From assembly GCA_030295235.1 (NCBI GenBank), contig AP026149.1, forward strand, positions 310,001 through 374,000: a DNA stretch of 64,000 nt. The letters run 5' to 3'. The translations under genes and the position numbers were made by a program. Below the pieces are notes generated by a model. It was not told the origin of the DNA and ran no database searches. It saw nothing but the letters and a program-made list of their open reading frames with translations. Positions within the stretch are counted from its first letter, which is position 1; each line of letters starts with the position of its first letter. Positions 59,894-64,000 of the stretch are shown piece after piece. The stretch is from Fistulifera solaris. Its lineage: Eukaryota.

Positions 59894-61357
59894 TGCCCTT
59901 GACAAAGACGTTTGTTGAGTGATAATGTAGAGCATGGCAAAACGAAATCGTTCTCGCAATTGATTCTTGTTCGAAGACAAATCGTCCAGCTTTGTGTAGC
60001 AAGGTTAGCGCGCTTCGACTCCACTTGCCAATGCACTCCGCAAATAATGATTTTGATCCAGAAGATCGGCAATAGAGAAGAACCGCAGCAGATTGGAATG
60101 AATGGATGCGAAAAAGCGATTGCACGAGTTGTAATGTTGTAATATGACGGTGATGCATTCTCGATAAATCTTCAATAAACACACGGTACGCACGGATGTA
60201 CAGACGTCGGATAGCGATGTTTATCTAGAGTGCTATGTGCTCCGTCGGTATTATAGGTAAGGTGTATCAGAATAGTCGTCCTTCTGCTGTTCAAGCTTTG
60301 TTAAGCTACTTTGGTGTAAGTAAAGAACACGATTGATTTGTCGCAGAATCCCTGGATATATATTTATCATGACTTTGGGTCATCAATCATCAGTGTCGTT
60401 GCTAACTATGGCATCAAACCTCAAAATTCGCAGATACTTAGGTCGCTCTCTTGCCAAAAAATACATCTGAAATTCAGAACATGCCAATGGTGTTGCAAGG
60501 CTATTGTGTACACTCAAGAGACCTGGTAAAACGTGTGGCGTTCTTCGTCATTTGGATACGAATGGAATTGAAACGGACGCACACGTTGTTAATCGAGGCC
60601 ATTATGCATCGTTAAAGCCCACATCGGTCGACACGACTTTAGCTGCTATACTTGCAATGCAACAGGAGTCGAAGTAGAAACATTTCATGCGATCATCAAG
60701 AGTTCCTCATCATTGAATAGTACTTGCACTGCAATTTACTTGGTTTTTTGCCGATTTACGATTCTGGTAGCTAGGCACTTGGCGAACGATGGGGGAAACG
60801 GTGGACAGGTCCCCTGTGCTTGGTTGCTAGTCTCACTAGTTTCCGTTAGAGCAATTCTTCCAAAGTCTGTCGATCCGGAGAGACATCATTTGCCAGCAAT
60901 ATTAAAACAGATTGCGGTCGTCTCCAAGCCGCCGCGAACTCGCGTAGCCATTTAGAACCAATTTTACATTCTCCTCATGAGACAAGGATTGTCAACACAG
61001 ACGGCTCTAGACAGCTGCGACCGACCACCTCACTACAAATGCCAAAACAAAGCCCAGTACATCTGCAACAAAGAAAGCTCGCTAGATGCTACCCTAACCG
61101 GAAAAACACGACGTATCTCGACAAAGCTCCAAAAGAATACAGGAAATAAGTAGAGCAGCACCAGTTTCCGAAAATCAGTGTGCGTGGAACGACTAAGAAA
61201 GACAGATATCGAGGCAAATCAAGAAAGAGACGGATCCCACTACTTCATCCTAACTGAGCTATCAACAATCAACGACGTTACCATCTTACGCGGTGCATTT
61301 CAAACCAACACCAATCGGCCATCAACCAACTCAAGGTATTCGCGATCTATACGCAAT

Positions 61358-63138
61358 CTAATATCGGTCATAACCTCCACGGTCTCCTCCATAACCTGAA
61401 ACGGAAACATGATGTTAGTAACCTGGACAAAAAGAGAGAACAAATGGGACACGACGTAGTTTGATCGAAGCATTTTTGAAGTGAAGTGAATTAAAGCTTG
61501 ACGGACGCGACTCAAAATAGAAGCCCTGATACTTGCGATGCGAATGATCTCGGTAATAGCGAAGGGTGATCACTCTGTGCTGGAACCTTGTTCTTGACTT
61601 TGGTAGCGAAGCGAAACTACCAAGGATCTGGTGTCACTTACTCTTGTTGACATCGACGGTCCGTCAAACCCAGACATCAACGAAGACAAGAAGGGGCAAC
61701 GCAATTTTATGACCGACTCAGTCGAACAAGACACCAATCAACACCAGATAGGACGCGAAGCAACTCTTCGAAAAGAACATTTACATCTTCCAAGTTCTTC
61801 CCACCGCAGAATACCCAATGGTAACAAACTCAATTGCTTAGTCTTCAGGAAATTCTTCCGCTCAATCTTCAGGATAGCAGTTGCTTGATCTTCGGGAACT
61901 TCGTAACGGGGCCAAACCATAGCAGACCTTGTGAAGCTCGAATTGATTCTCCGACGCTATCTTCAGGAACACTGAAACGAATCCATTCGTAACCTTCAAC
62001 TTAACAAACTAAACAAGAAAAGCGTGCCAAATGCTAGCAAACCTTGTCGAGCTCCCATCCATTTTCTTTGTGCGTGTCCCAACTGAACCCTAACGCTCAC
62101 GAAACTTACCACCTCCGTAACCACCACCTCCGCCGCCGCCACGGCGATCATCATAACCTCCCCGATCGTATCCACCGCGATCGTAGCCACCGCCACCACC
62201 GCCGTAGCCACCGCGATCATAGCCGCCACCGCCACCGCCGCCGTATCCACCTCCATATCCGCCACCTCGACCACCACCTCTGTCATTATCGTAGCCACCA
62301 CCGTAGCCACCACCACCACCACCGCTGTATCCGCCACCGTACGAATCATAACCTCCACGGTCATAGCCTCCGCCTCCACGGCCACCTCCGCCGGGACCGC
62401 GCTCGGAACCCATTCCTTTCGGTTGCGCCTCATTGACACGCAAAGCACGTCCATCGAGTTCATATCCCGACAACTTGTTGCAGGCTTCTTCGGCGGCCGC
62501 CGCGGGCATGGTTACGAAACAGAAACCCCGCAGTTTGCCCGTATCACGATCCGTCGGCATGAAGCAATCCGACACGGTTCCGTACTGCTCAAACAAGCTC
62601 TGAATAGACTCTTGCGTTGTCTCAAAGGCGAGATTGCCCACGTACAACTTAACATCCGGCTTGCCGGCGGCATTGAATCCGCTGCCACCGCCGCTACCAC
62701 CACTGCCCTTCGGACGAGATTCGTTGACACGAATGGTACGCCCATCGAGTTGCGATTGATCCATCTTGGAGATGGCTTCTTCAGCCGCTTCGCGGGTCGC
62801 CAACGTCACGAAACCGAAACCGCGGGGACGCGAGGTGCCGCGTTCGGTGGGCAAAAGACATCCGTCACCGTTCCGAACGCCGAAAACTCTTGACGTAGCT
62901 TGGCTTCGTCCGTTGCTGTTCAAGAAGAAAAGGTATAATAATTGGATGAGTTAGTTGTTTGAGAAAGGATTTGAAGTAGGAGAAGAAAAAGAGCCAGCTC
63001 GCACGTACCGTAATCCAAGTTACCAATGTAGAGTTTGATACCTTCCGCTTCGCCGTTCCCATTCTCCGCCGTACGAGACTCCGAATCTTTCGAAGGACCA
63101 TTGCCTTCGGGACTACGTGAACGTTCTCGTTCCGACAT
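61358..63138 (-). CDS. Glycine-rich RNA-binding protein (2 RRMs + RGG/YGG tail); introns 63008-62916 and 62109-61396; frameshift near 62854
   Basis: RNP2/RNP1 motifs KLYIGNL / RGFGFVT and KLYVGNL / RGFCFVT, then a GGYDRGG repeat tail. The terminal exon 61395-61358 encodes [12 protein letters not shown] in phase with the donor at 62109 and follows a perfect TACTAAC branch site. Confidence 0.9.
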
Positions 63139-64000
63139 GTTGTTATGCTTTTCTTAATTATTGAATATTCAAATAATGATTGTGCAATGAGAACTTTTTA
63201 TTATTTGACAAGTCTGGTGGTGTCCATGGACAACGCCGCAACAGATGGCTTTTCGTCGCTGCAAAGCAGAGATCTTTTTTTTTTTTCTCTCTGTGGTCCA
63301 AAAGGTGTCCGTCCGTACTCCCACCAACTCCAAAAGGAACGAAGAACATCATCTCTGTCGGAACGGTTTCTGAAAACTATGAAAGCAAAGTGTTGTCCGC
63401 TTTTCGCCAAGACTGGATTTCAATCACGGGACACGAACGACTTGTGTGTGTACTATCGATGTTCCAGAAAGATACTGCCTGACAGAGCTGCTCTAAACTA
63501 TGAACAAACAACATTATCTTCATTTTCTAATACCAGGTAGCTACCAGGTAGCCTTTTTGATTGCCTTACGGTGTGTAGTTCCAAAATGGAGGTTACCTTG
63601 CTTCACAACTGGGGATTCAGTCTTGAGTTCGGAACGACTTTATTTCGGGATCCTTCACTCTTGTGTGATACGACTGCAAAAGGGTGAGGACATCTCATCC
63701 ATTGATTAGCTACATGTACAGTGCACTTCAGCTTACCGCACGATGATTATTTCCTGAAATCTTTCCATTCAGAAATTGCTCTATAGGACCAAACTGTTGT
63801 CTCTTTGTACGACTTGAATTCAGTCATGAGTTATGAATGAACTTTTCAAAAATGCTAACAATCGTTTAGTATATGCTATAAAGTGCAGCCGGTCATTTGT
63901 CTTTCCCCAACCGAATCCAAAACAAGAACTTGAACCTCAAACACATTTTTGATTGTAAAACAATAAGTGGAACGGACAGTCCCACCATCGGAAGGAAGCC

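Noticed and set aside
61996..62463. Val/Ala-rich (-) and His/Arg-rich (+, 62044-62436) ORFs
   Set aside because: Alternative-frame and antisense readings of the GGY/GGC repeats encoding the glycine-rich tail.
5482..62923. Programmed ribosomal frameshifting or RNA editing as the cause of the split genes
   Set aside because: Breaks go in both directions, sit at arbitrary homopolymers and share no slippery or stimulatory motif. Sequencing error is much more parsimonious.

Overview
Gene-dense eukaryotic nuclear DNA, most likely from a pennate diatom. Evidence: short GT-AG introns (mostly 60-140 bp), bipartite plastid-targeting presequences with an A/S-F cleavage motif, two diatom-type cyclins, a DUF6824 protein and a diatom-type myosin. 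I cannot identify the species from the sequence alone. About 30 protein-coding genes can be reconstructed: USP, PLPBP/YggS, RPN13, a bZIP, a secreted double-SET protein, two cyclins, NSE4, a GT95/GT96-like glycosyltransferase, a PRXL2-like protein, importin-4, FolD, a GPI-type lipase-like protein, a fibrillin-like protein, myosin, RPS15, DBP10, a chromo-JmjC protein, DEK, a SEN54-like protein, a small mitochondrial membrane protein, a HIBCH-like protein, HOOK, V-ATPase c'', a thioredoxin-like protein, DUF6824, a 2xRRM glycine-rich RNA-binding protein and two unassigned ORFs. Many of these are broken by roughly 20 single-base indels, mostly at homopolymer runs, which look like assembly errors. 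The most notable structures not shown in the ORF track are: (1) a 714-nt last intron in the glycine-rich RNA-binding gene, containing a candidate poison cassette exon with four CCYGAAGAY..AGC repeats and three alternative acceptors; (2) a 332-bp hAT-type MITE with 17-bp TIRs and a perfect 8-bp TSD; (3) an 85-bp hairpin element present twice, in opposite orientation, about 20.7 kb apart; (4) a decaying four-copy MYND zinc-finger cluster with stacked insertions; (5) five TGACGT (aureochrome/bZIP-type) sites upstream of a diatom cyclin. I found no tRNA, rRNA or CRISPR array.
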